Of a stretch of DNA of 40,815 nucleotides, positions 1 through 10,261 are shown piece after piece. Both the position numbers and the translations under genes were made by a program. Source of the stretch: Stramenopiles sp. TOSAG23-2 (taxonomy: Eukaryota); the NCBI GenBank assembly GCA_900128395.1, contig LT649305.1:1-40815 (forward strand), written 5' to 3'. Below the pieces are notes generated by a model. The model searched no databases, was not told the origin of the DNA, and saw only the letters and a program-made list of their open reading frames with translations. Every line of letters starts with the position of its first letter. Positions within the stretch are counted from its first letter, which is position 1.

Positions 1-549
1 TTTATTTTAGTCATTTCTGTAAATTAATAATTTAGTCAAGTACAAATTTTAATGTAAAAATTCGATGCTTAAAATTCTGCTATCCCTAATTTCTGAAAAC
101 GTGAAATGTCAAAATTATTTTGCCAATTGATAGTAAAAATGGTATACTAGTGGAGCCTAAGTTTAAAAAGGTATTTTCAATGTTTTTCCTTTGTTTTCAT
201 GTAATGAATTGAAAAATCCATCATCAAAACAATGAAATATAAGAATTTAGGTTGAAAATGATGAAAATGATGAAATTTGTTGGAAAATATGCGATTTCTA
301 ATGATACTCCTATGGTAATATAGTGCTTAGCCAATATTACGTGCATATTATATACGAAGAGGAGTAACCGCGACACTCCAATAAAATTACAACAATGTAA
401 AAAAAGATATTTTATATAAAATTGACTTCTGCATTTATAGACATATTGAAACATGTATGCGCGTGTATATATATCAGCAAAGTAAGACACATTTGCCAGA
501 AAGAAAACAAGAAGAACCAGGTAGAAAGAAAATCTTAAACACACACAAA

Positions 550-2667
550 ATGTGCTGTAAACAATGTTCATTTACATGTGTAAGTCTATCGATATTTTTA
601 CTATATGTAATTGTATTAGCACAAACGCTCGTAACATTAATATGGCCAGGTGGATTAGGTGGATTTGATTATGATACTCCATTAATTAGGACTGGAAAAA
701 AACCAAAGCTTTATACATCATTATGGAAAGAAAATAGTTTAATTGACGTTGCATTTTATTTATCAGTAGATAAAAACCCTATCGATGGAAAGTCGCTCGA
801 CGTACTTTTGAAAAAAAACTATAAAAATGATCATGATACAATATCAAAAAAGCATTATTTTATTTTTAAAAAAGAAAGAATTAAATTTATATATGGTGAA
901 GATTCGATTATTAAAAATCAAGTAAATTTAACGAAAAATATTGTATCAAGTAAACTATGGAAAAAAATGATAAAAGGAAAATCATATTTACATGGTTTGG
1001 TCTATCAACATGGATATTCACCAAATACCCGTAGTAAAAACCACAATCCATATTATGTAAAACATTATTCATTTTTCATGGGGAAAAACCGTGAATATAT
1101 AAAAACACAAAAATTACATCGGCTGTTTTCCTTTCCACTACCATATTATTCACAACTTCTTCTTTTTGGATCATCAGCAGCAGAAGAAGGAAAAAACGAC
1201 GACGAGGACGATTCATCATTTTTTTGTGGTGATCCAACATTATCTTTGGAAAAACCTGCAATATTTGATAATAGTAGTAGCATATTATCTGCAAATGAAC
1301 GAAAACCACATTGGACACCAAGTCTTTCGTTTAAGATTGTAACAGATTTTACAAAATATCCAGAAAATCAAATACCACCGTTAATTGCAAATAAAATGCG
1401 TATTAAAGAATATGAATATTTACCATTTACATTCGTCGATAGTGTTGGATTAACATCGGATAAGTACATTCCATTAAATAATACAGTAAAAGTTTTACCG
1501 TTGGAGATTACATTCGAACCATCTGGTATCGGACGATGGCAAATGGGATTGCAAATGGAAGAATCATTTAAAATGTTACATCAAAACATGGGTGCAAGAG
1601 ATAAAGAATCGGATGAAATGAGATCCATGTTGACGGAAACACACCCAACTTTATTGTTGGTAACGCTAGTTGTTACGTTGTTACATACATTATTTGATGT
1701 CTTAGCATTTAAATCTGATATTGATTTTTGGAGAAAATTGAAAAGCAAACGTGGTTTATCAGCAAGATCACAAGTAACATCATTAATCTGTCAAATAGTT
1801 GTAATAGCATATTTACAAAATGAAAAAGGTTCTTTGCTTATTTTAATTCCATCTGCATTTGGTGTTATATTACAAATTTGGAAAGTACAAAAAATGTTAT
1901 GTTCAAAATCACTTACAGAAAATACACTAGAAGCACAAATAAAAGCGGATGATGATGGGAATACTACTACTACTACTACTAATAATAATAATAGTAACAA
2001 CAACAAGGAAAAGAAGAAGAATAAAAAAGACGATCAAGTATTGAAGAAAAAACACAATGATAAAATAAAGAAATTAAAAGAATCATTAAAAGAGGAACAA
2101 GATGCAGTCGAAAAAACAAAATTTTATGATAATATGGCAGGTGTATATTTAGGTGAAATCTTATATCCATTAGTCATAGGTTCTGTTATACATTCCGCAT
2201 TTTGTCAAGGCCATACCTCGTATTATTCATGGTTTATTTCCAGTGCTGTTTATGCTGTTTATACGTTTGGATTTATTATCATGACACCACAATTATTTAT
2301 TAATTATAAATTGAAATCCGTTGCACATTTACCATGGAAATTTTTCATGTATAGAGCATTAAATACATTTATAGATGATTTATTTGCTTTTATTATAAAA
2401 ATGCCAACTGCACATCGTTTATCATGTTTTCGAGATGATATTGTCTTTTTTATATTTTTATATCAACGATGGATATACCCAGTTGATATGAGTAGAATTA
2501 GTGTTGGTGTGGATGGTGAAGAAATTGATGATGTTGATAATAGTAATAAGAAAGATGAAAAACAAATTAGATCTGGTAGTACAAGTAATGATAAAACGAA
2601 AAAAAATGTTATAGCGGATGATGATAAAGAAGAAGAACGAATGGATGAAATGGTTGTCAAGGAATAA
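550..2667 (+). CDS. CLPTM1 / CLPTM1L family multi-pass ER membrane protein (lipid scramblase family)
   Basis: Family motifs ETHPTLLLVTLVVTLLHTLFDVLAFKSDIDFW and MTPQLFINYKLKSVAHLPWKFFMYRALNTFIDDLFAFIIKMPTAHRLSCFRDD..F.IFLYQRWIYPVD. ATG 550 (in frame, AAAATG context, followed by a TM helix) is preferred over the ORF-track start at 457. Confidence 0.93.
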   Translation: MCCKQCSFTCVSLSIFLLYVIVLAQTLVTLIWPGGLGGFDYDTPLIRTGKKPKLYTSLWKENSLIDVAFYLSVDKNPIDGKSLDVLLKKNYKNDHDTISKKHYFIFKKERIKFIYGEDSIIKNQVNLTKNIVSSKLWKKMIKGKSYLHGLVYQHGYSPNTRSKNHNPYYVKHYSFFMGKNREYIKTQKLHRLFSFPLPYYSQLLLFGSSAAEEGKNDDEDDSSFFCGDPTLSLEKPAIFDNSSSILSANERKPHWTPSLSFKIVTDFTKYPENQIPPLIANKMRIKEYEYLPFTFVDSVGLTSDKYIPLNNTVKVLPLEITFEPSGIGRWQMGLQMEESFKMLHQNMGARDKESDEMRSMLTETHPTLLLVTLVVTLLHTLFDVLAFKSDIDFWRKLKSKRGLSARSQVTSLICQIVVIAYLQNEKGSLLILIPSAFGVILQIWKVQKMLCSKSLTENTLEAQIKADDDGNTTTTTTNNNNSNNNKEKKKNKKDDQVLKKKHNDKIKKLKESLKEEQDAVEKTKFYDNMAGVYLGEILYPLVIGSVIHSAFCQGHTSYYSWFISSAVYAVYTFGFIIMTPQLFINYKLKSVAHLPWKFFMYRALNTFIDDLFAFIIKMPTAHRLSCFRDDIVFFIFLYQRWIYPVDMSRISVGVDGEEIDDVDNSNKKDEKQIRSGSTSNDKTKKNVIADDDKEEERMDEMVVKE

Positions 2668-2971
2668 AAATACTTTTACACGCGCGTGAAATGGCATATA
2701 TGTACTTTCGTATATATTATATATCTAGATATAATACGAAGAGGATGTGTATGTGTTGTTTTTTAATATAAATTTATTTTTATAGGGAGAAATATTATAA
2801 TATATTTTATACGAACTTCGTATTTTACACTCTTTTTTTTGTTTTTACTTGTGTATGTTATGAAGTGTATATTAAAATCTTTAAACATGCGCACTTTCTC
2901 CTCTTCTCCCCTAAATTGGAAAAACCGAGAAAAATATACGTCTCGTATATATGATTTACAAACCTCTTCTT

Positions 2972-3658
2972 TTACAATTCACTTTTCTTTGCATCCAACA
3001 TTTTTTTCAATATTGCTTTACGTTGATTAATCCAACCAGTTAATGATGCTTTCATTTTTTTTGCTGACATTTTTTCAAGTCTAGCAATTTCTTTTTCAAG
3101 ACCAGCGGAATCCAAATTTTTTTTCTCTTGTTTTGCAATATATTTTTTTTCTTTATCTGAACATCCTTTTGGATCTGCTGGATCACATCTGTTTGCTGGA
3201 ACTTTATCACCATTGATTTTGATCATTTCAAGTTTGAAAATAAGTGCATCACCACCACCAATCTTTGGTGGAGATCCACGATCACCATAAGCTAAGTCAG
3301 ATGGGATATATAATTCCCAAATATCACCTTCAACCATCATTTGCATTGCTTCTGTCCAGCCTTTGATAACTTGATTTGGAGCAAAACTTGTTGGCGAACC
3401 TCTGTCATAGGAAGAATCAAATACAGTACCATCGACTAATGTACCGTGATAATGGCATGAGCATGAACTATCCACAGTTGGATGACTTTGTCCACTACCA
3501 GTTTGGAGAACTTTATATTGTAATCCAGATGTTAACGTTATTACACCTTCTTTTTCTGCATTTTCACCAAGCCATTTAATTGATTTGGTATTGGAACCAG
3601 CATATGCCAGCATAGGTACACTTGTTACTACTAATGCAATTAATATTAAATATTTCAT
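2972..3658 (-). CDS. Secretory/ER FKBP-type peptidyl-prolyl isomerase with C-terminal helical (ERp29c-like) domain and KSEL terminus
   Basis: Signal peptide; FKBP motifs TLTSGLQYKVL, HYHGTLVDGTVFDSSYDRG, QVIKGWTEAM, ELYIPSDLAYG; ends in KSEL. Confidence 0.92.
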   Translation of the reverse strand: MKYLILIALVVTSVPMLAYAGSNTKSIKWLGENAEKEGVITLTSGLQYKVLQTGSGQSHPTVDSSCSCHYHGTLVDGTVFDSSYDRGSPTSFAPNQVIKGWTEAMQMMVEGDIWELYIPSDLAYGDRGSPPKIGGGDALIFKLEMIKINGDKVPANRCDPADPKGCSDKEKKYIAKQEKKNLDSAGLEKEIARLEKMSAKKMKASLTGWINQRKAILKKMLDAKKSEL

Positions 3659-4055
3659 TATATATGCTATTTATGTGTATGTATATATGTATATTAAACA
3701 GTATCGTTGTTCTTGTCGCAGTTGTTGTTATTATATTCTTTTTTTTTCAATTTGCAAATAAGTAAAAATATTATTTCGTTTCTGAAATGTCTACAGTGTA
3801 TATATATTAATCCTTATCGAAATAGAAAGATATTCTTATCTAGTTTTATAAAATACATGATGTGCAACGTGCATCATGTGCAAAAATGTGTGTGGTTATA
3901 AATTACTCCAGAACGCCAACATCCATTATGAATAGTGTTATTTTTTTCATATGTTGACACTTTTTTCCACTATTTTAAATAATAGGATCTTAGTCTTGCA
4001 AGTTTACAGCGATAAAAGATTTCATTGAATTTAGTAGAAAAAGGATTAATATTGT

Positions 4056-5767
4056 TATGCAAGGCACCACAAGAGCTCCCAGGAGCTTATAATTTCAATA
4101 ATTTTTCCGTGGGATGTGCGCGTTGTGGTAGTACTGATGAGTAAATAAGGGAATCTGCATCATCAAATTTCACATACAAATTTCACGTTTCTCATTTTTT
4201 ATACTTTTTTATAAAGTAATTCGTCATAATTTTACTATTACTAATTAACTTCAATTTGCCTGGCCCTTCTTTTTTTTTCACTTATCAACACTCACGAAAG
4301 AAAAATGAAAAACCAAAATACACTCTAAAAACACGAAAATACAATTTAACTCTACAATTTCAAGCAAGTGTATCACATTAAGTTAGTTTAAGACATATAT
4401 ATCAAAATCTTAGAGTTAAATTACATCGTCAAACATATATATCACTTTTTTGTTTTTCAGCGTACGTCTATATTAACCATTTACACGAAATTATGCCTAA
4501 AAAAGAGAAAAAAGGTAAATTCAAAAGGAAAGTCTGGTGAATCTAGATGTGTCACAAGAGATAGTGCAAAAAAAAGTGGTATGGATGATTGAAACATCCA
4601 TCATACATGTTAGAAGACTTATATTTTGATTTGGTAGAAGAAATATATACAGAAACAATATTTAATATGTGTCGTTGTGTGTGTGATCATTAACATGTAT
4701 ATATACTAAATATTAATAGGTTGTGTAATATATAAAGAAATTAAAGTTAATTCAATATATACTATTTTATCATTTTTATAAAACGTATTTAATTTTACCT
4801 TCTAAAAATTTGTCGCTTCATCTTCTATGATATATTTAAGCGTATTCGACACCATATCTTTATTTATAAATATGTTTATTGATCTTATTTACGTATAAAT
4901 TATATTATATATAATATATACAAACCGTTGTAATTTTATTGAATAGAGACAATATGCTATATATACAACAAATGTAGATTTTGATGATTGACAGCACCAC
5001 TTACAAAATATTGTTCCTATCAATATTTTTTGTACCAAATCCAACTGGGGCTTCCCTGACATGTATGAATGGAATCCCAATCGGTCAGAACACCATACGA
5101 AATGTATTCCTTGTCGCCCTGAAAAATATTTACCATTTAATGTGAGAACGATACATTGTACTTTTATAGACAGAAAAATAGCATAATTTCGTGTAAATGG
5201 TTAATATAGACGTACGCTGAAAAACAAAAAAGTGATATATATGTTTGACGATGTAATTTAACTCTAAGATTTTGATATATATGTCTTAAACTAACTTAAT
5301 GTGATACACTTGCTTGAAATTGTAGAGTTAAATTGTATTTTCGTGTTTTTAGAGTGTATTTTGGTTTTTCATTTTTCTTTCGTGAGTGTTGATAAGTGAA
5401 AAAAAAAGAAGGGCCAGGCAAATTGAAGTTAATTAGTAATATATCATTTTACTTTTGGATTGTTTGGAATTGTTTTCTTTTCTAATTTTACCTTAAACTA
5501 AATAACATTCCTTTTCACATCAAAAATCGATTTTCGTTTTACATTTTTTGCACATCGATCACTAGAAAAACGTTGTGGCATGTGCCATGAGGTTTTCCAA
5601 ATACATGGACATACCATTGCAGTTTTCAGCCACTACACCTCCATTTTACACGTAAATACACATAAATTACATGTATAGATGATGGATGAAGAAAATAGAT
5701 AGATGCACAGATATATGTAAAGAGATACGTATCCGAATGAGAATTGAAACACGTGGTGCCTTGCATA
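4056..5767. mobile_element. Putative non-autonomous DNA element bounded by 15-bp inverted termini
   Basis: TATGCAAGGCACCAC (4056-4070) is the exact reverse complement of GTGGTGCCTTGCATA (5753-5767). The outer TA could be a target duplication. No long ORF inside; encloses the 261-bp inverted repeat. Confidence 0.45.
4236..5441. repeat. Long inverted repeat: 261-bp arms (4236-4496 / 5181-5441), 684-bp spacer
   Basis: Arms read as exact reverse complements by eye, including the T9/A9 run and both arm boundaries. Confidence 0.93.
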
Positions 5768-5960
5768 GTATATAATAGTATATCGGAATATATTTGATCT
5801 GTATATAAATTATTTATGCGTGATGTATAAACGTATAATGGTTGTAGCTAATTAACTTTCTAATGAATTAACCCGATATTATATATTTGTACTACAATCT
5901 TTTTAACAGTCGTCTACTATATGTATATACATTTTTAGATGTGTACATAAGCTAATATAT

Positions 5961-5986
5961 GTAGATCTATGTACACATAGATCTAC
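5961..5986. repeat. 26-bp near-perfect palindrome
   Basis: GTAGATCTATGT-AC-ACATAGATCTAC (12-bp arms, 2-nt centre). Confidence 0.85.
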
Positions 5987-6357
5987 CACCAGCATAAGAA
6001 GCGTGTATTGTTGCTTTTGTAAAACGAATACTGTACCAAGTACCGGGTATATTAAAGTTTAAAGTGCAAGTTGCACGATTTTTAATTTAAATAGGAAAAA
6101 AGTTGTATATTTTATACTAATCACAATACCAAACTCTGGGCTGCCCTCGCTGCTTGCCTTTTGCTTGCCTGGCTGCGATGCTGAATGTGGGCTTTTGGAT
6201 ATAAATAGCTATTTAATAAGTAGTAAGCGAATTGAAGAAGAGCGTGCAGGAAGAAAAGTAGCACACAACAAAAATTACAAATTATAATTTTCACACATTT
6301 GATAAGAAATAATTGAATGTACGAGTATGATAAAAAATAAAAAACTCTTAAACTCCT

Positions 6358-8194
6358 TTATGTTTCATTTTCAACCCTTGAAGTGAAGGTCTCATCTTTC
6401 ACAAATGGCATAGCTGTCCCAGTGTGGCGATAAAGATTACCAGTTGCAAATAACATCAATTTCATGTCTTTGTCGATAATCATGATCCATATTGCATTTA
6501 AGGAAAACAATACCATTTGAATAAACATACCTCGTTGCGAAGAACGTTTATCAATTATAAACTTTTTATTTTGAATGGTGTATTCAATAATAATTTTTGT
6601 TGGATTTCCATTTTCATCAAGCCCCCAATCACCAAATGTTAAATGGTAAACATTGGAAGATAAAATTAACATAAATATAATACCAATAATCAAAACAAAG
6701 GCTCTACTTTTTTTTTTGATTGCATCGTTCACCAGAAATGCAATAACAATTAAAATCAACATAATTCCTGAAATTGGGGAAAATGGTGTGCTTGGTCGAA
6801 CAATTTCTACAATTTCATTACAAAAGGACATTCCAAGGATAACAATTACATTTGTTTCTGTTTTTAAATATTTGATTGTTGAAAACGATACATTCTTATA
6901 ATATACCGTGCACAAGCTGCTTAATGATAAAAATGTAAAAAAAAGATATATCCCATATTCAAAATATGAATCAAATGTAAGAAAATTCCAAATAATTAAT
7001 GAAGTAAGACTAAATACACCAGCAGCTCTTTGTCCCCATTTTACTCTATATTGAAGACTATCATCAATTTCTACTTCTTCTCCTAATAATAAAATAGATT
7101 TACGTTTATTTATATTATTAGTAGTATTTGATTGAATTTTCTTCTTATTATTATCTTCATCATCGTCATCAATTGTTTCTGCAGTATCAATGGTGGTAGA
7201 TGGGTTTTCAACAATTCCTATTCCAGTTGACCGATATATATTTCCAGTTGCAAACATTAATAATTCCATTTTCTTATCTTTGATTAATGTATACATTCCA
7301 CTCATTGAAAATAACAGAACATGGAGAAATATTGATCGTTGAACCGATCGTTTCCAAAGGATAATTTTCTTACCATTAATTGTATATCGTGCAAGTGCAA
7401 CATTATAATCCACCGTACCAAATACACGAGTATATATATTCCAAAGATTAATTACTATAAACATGGTTCCGACTAGTAACGTAAAATTTCTACTTTTCAC
7501 TTTCATCGAATCCGATAAAATAAATGCTACTACACATAAAAAATATACAAGTCCACTTTGTTTATTTTGTACCATCATAATATATTATATATGTGTGATG
7601 TTTATATGTTAGAAAGAATTTCCATTATTATTATAAAGATATAAACATGTGAGGATATATAACATTTACTTACAATGCAGCACTATAAACATTATTTGAG
7701 AAAAATTCAATAATTAAATTAAATATTCCTGCAATGATAATTACAACTACATTTAATTGTCTACAAAGGCGTAAAAATATTGCAAATGAAAAATTCTTAT
7801 AATATATCAATAAAAAAGATAACACAGTCATTGCCCCAAAAATTATTGCAAGCCAATACAAGATATCTTTACCATTAGCGCTAATGCTTGTAGCCCCATT
7901 TATAATAAAAAAAATCACAGCGATTACACCAAAAGTTCCAACAAGCCTCTGGCCATATTTTATATTAGAATATATTTGTTGATCTAAATCACTGACATTT
8001 CCTAATAATAAAATGGTTGTACGTTTATTGACAAGTGTTGGTATTGTATTTAACTCTTCCATGTCAATCCATGAGTTACGATTTTTCTCGTCCGTGTTGC
8101 TTTTATTATTATTTACAACATGATTGTGTTGAATATTTGGTATCTTTGTATGTAATGGATTTGTTACTTCTATATGCTTCTTACCCTCATTCAT
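6358..8194 (-). CDS. Uncharacterised multi-pass membrane protein with internal duplication, 572 aa; exons 8194-7674 and 7555-6358
   Basis: The two track ORFs (7670-8194, 6358-7578) join through a 118-nt GTAAGT...AAACAAAG intron (7673-7556). The spliced junction SAAFGLVYFLCVVAFILSD aligns without gaps to the second internal repeat SPISGIMLILIVIAFLVND. Total length 1719 nt = 573 codons. Confidence 0.85.
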
Positions 8195-8586
8195 TATTAT
8201 TAGTGTTGTTATTATTCTGTATAAATAAATATATATTTCCTGTTTTTTATATATATATACTGTATGTATGTCACCGTTGATGTGGATAAAGTTACTTTTT
8301 TGTATCTATGTATACTAATTTTTATTTAGATACAGTAGCTAAGCATATTTGTATTTGTACTTTGTTGTATGTGTTTTTATTTTTTTTTGTTTTGTTGTTG
8401 TGTGCTTGTTATTTTGTTTCTAGTTCCTCATTACTACCATATAAATAGCACTACCACCTGGTGGTAGCTGTTGTAATTAAAAAATTAAAAAATTATGCGT
8501 AATAAATATTGAAAATATTAAAGTATTAATAATATGATATATTATAATTAATATATACAGAGTATACACATATATATAATATAATT

Positions 8587-9130
8587 TTATTGCAACACCC
8601 ATTGCTTCTCTTGTTCTTCATTTATACCTCCTCCTCTACCTTCATAATTCATGTTACGAATTAAATGTTTACCATTAAATCGAAAGGTATTATTATCAAC
8701 CCATAATTTTTCAAAAAGTGGTTTTGTTAATTTGATGGAATATTGTTCATTCATAAATTCATCTAAAATAGTTAATAGTATGGCACTTTGTTGTTAAAGT
8801 TGATTTGTAATGCATGTGTTGTTTGCCTGCCATCATTTGTCAATATAGGAAAGTCTTGATTTTGGCGATAATTTCCAACACCTATGAAGTCATTCGGTAA
8901 CGCAGAGCCACCACTAGCAACACTATTATGTGCTGGTGGAAGCGCTGGTAAACTTTGGCTATATCGCAAACTATCTACCGTGGCGATAATGATTTTGAAC
9001 GTGGTAAATAATGTTTTAACTTTCTCATCATGATATCATATTCTTCATCTAATTCATTATTGAAATTATTATTATTATTATCATCATATTCCCAATTATT
9101 ATATCTACCATTCTCATATCGATTAGACAT
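8587..9130 (-). CDS. Small hypothetical protein, 116 aa; exons 9130-8979 and 8785-8587
   Basis: ATG 9130 opens MSNRYENGRYNNWEYDDNNNNNF...SKSLSP. A 193-nt GTAGAT...CAACAAAG intron (8978-8786) restores frame into RAILLTILDEFMNEQYSIKLTKPLFEKLW...WVLQ*. Total 351 nt; acceptor matches that of the neighbouring gene. Confidence 0.6.
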
Positions 9131-9320
9131 GCTTTATTAAAACAACTAAGTAAACAAATTGTTAATAATGATGATTGTATTAATAATAACAGAGAGTTGG
9201 TTGTATGAATAGTTTCTCCCTTTTTCTATTTTATCTTTGTATGTAGTCGTATACATAAAATACTGTACATATTTTTGTTTTCTTACTATTTTTTTTATAA
9301 ATAACGTTTTTGTCGTCTTC

Positions 9321-9384
9321 TGCATGCTGGGCATGCTGGGCATGCGGGGGTCGGATCCTCTCTAGGCATGCCCAGCATGCCCAG
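9321..9384. repeat. GCATGC(CCA/TGG) 9-bp unit array forming a 19-bp inverted repeat
   Basis: CTGGGCATGCTGGGCATGC (9327-9345) pairs with GCATGCCCAGCATGCCCAG (9366-9384). The array resumes at 9721-9754, after the MITE-like element. Confidence 0.85.
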
Positions 9385-9726
9385 TCTGTCCATTAATTAA
9401 TAAAATGATAAAATCCTGGCATTTTGGGCATGAAATCAATTTGATGAAAAATGAAAATCCGAGAATCATGATTTCATGCCCAAAATTCCAGGATTTTATC
9501 ACTTTAAAATTATTATAATAAATATCCGATACATAATTTGATACAAATATATTATTATTATAGTTATTAATAATATTATATTTTGACTATATAATTCCAT
9601 AATTAAAAAACCAAGGTATAGAAATAATGCATTTACTTACGGAAAATATTTTCACCTGAAATCTTGTTTTTAGTGCTATGTAGTGCTAAATTTTCCGTAA
9701 GTAATTAATGGACAGACTGGGCATGC
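9375..9726. mobile_element. MITE-like non-autonomous element (~340 bp) with terminal inverted repeats and two internal hairpins
   Basis: 25-bp perfect IR GCATGCCCAGTCTGTCCATTAATTA (9375-9399 / 9702-9726), whose outer palindromic GCATGC may be the TSD. Internal IRs: 9406-9438/9469-9501 (32/33 match) and 9633-9647/9690-9704 (15/15). AT-rich and non-coding. Confidence 0.7.
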
Positions 9727-9947
9727 CCACATGCCCTGGGCATTCCAGCATGCAACGACGCGTCGCACACTGGCACACGGCACACACCGTCTGTTTTTCT
9801 CTTTGGTTTTTTTAGTTAGTCAGAATTAGAGCATTAAGGTATTTTATACTATAATGGTATATAAGCCTATTTTAATATAGTGCTGTGCTATGCATGTTCT
9901 TTGGAAACAGCCTTTTTCATTCTACATTACTTTTACGTATCGCAAAG

Positions 9948-10004
9948 TAATAGCTATTAGTAGCTAGCTCCTAGCTAGCTGGCTAGCTCGCTAATAGCTA
10001 TTAG
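9948..10004. repeat. AGCT/TAGCTA-rich palindrome cluster
   Basis: TAATAGCTATTA (9948-9959) and CTAATAGCTATTAG (9991-10004) flank repeated TAGCTAGCT units. Confidence 0.7.
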
Positions 10005-10125
10005 ATATAAAGAATAGTATATCCATGTTTGCGTCTCTCATCACCTATATACTATATACGCCTATCCAGCCTTTATTATTATCCACGGTATAGCTAACAT
10101 GGTCATACCATTCATCTTTCACTCC

Positions 10126-10176
10126 TTATTATGTCCAGGAAATATCTCTTACTATGTCCAGCTTACTGGACACAAT
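10126..10176. repeat. Left subterminal box array of the YR element
   Basis: TTATTATGTCCAG (10126-10138), TTACTATGTCCAG (10149-10161), 4-nt spacer CTTA, inverted box CTGGACACAAT (10166-10176). Confidence 0.9.
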
Positions 10177-10183
10177 GGGAATA

Positions 10184-10261
10184 GCATGGAGAGCTTCGCT
10201 CTCCATGCAACTCTGGTATCAGGGCCTTCGGCCCTATCAAAACGAAAGACGAAGTTTTGAT
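10184..10261. other. Three consecutive hairpins, two with C(GAA)G triloops on the minus strand
   Basis: GCATGGAGAGC-TTC-GCTCTCCATGC (10184-10208); AGGGCC-TTC-GGCCCT (10221-10235); ATCAAAAC-N10-GTTTTGAT (10236-10261). Confidence 0.85.

Noticed and set aside
457-549. N-terminal extension of the CLPTM1 ORF
   Set aside because: Reads like an A/CA-rich 5' UTR; ATG 550 has better context and precedes the first TM helix.
224-571. 115-aa minus-strand ORF, and the many 60-160 aa ORFs overlapping long genes
   Set aside because: Antisense or alternate-frame shadows of real genes or AT-rich UTRs; no recognisable motifs.
4607-4693. Short frame MLEDLYFDLVEEIYTETIFNMCRCVCDH in the IR spacer
   Set aside because: Too short to assign; possibly a gene relic, but unsupported.
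8772-8969. 65-aa track ORF
   Set aside because: Non-ATG start, and it lies almost entirely within the inferred 8786-8978 intron.
9719-9728. GGGCATGCCC matches the p53 half-site RRRCWWGYYY
   Set aside because: The p53 family is not expected in a stramenopile; treated as a coincidental match.
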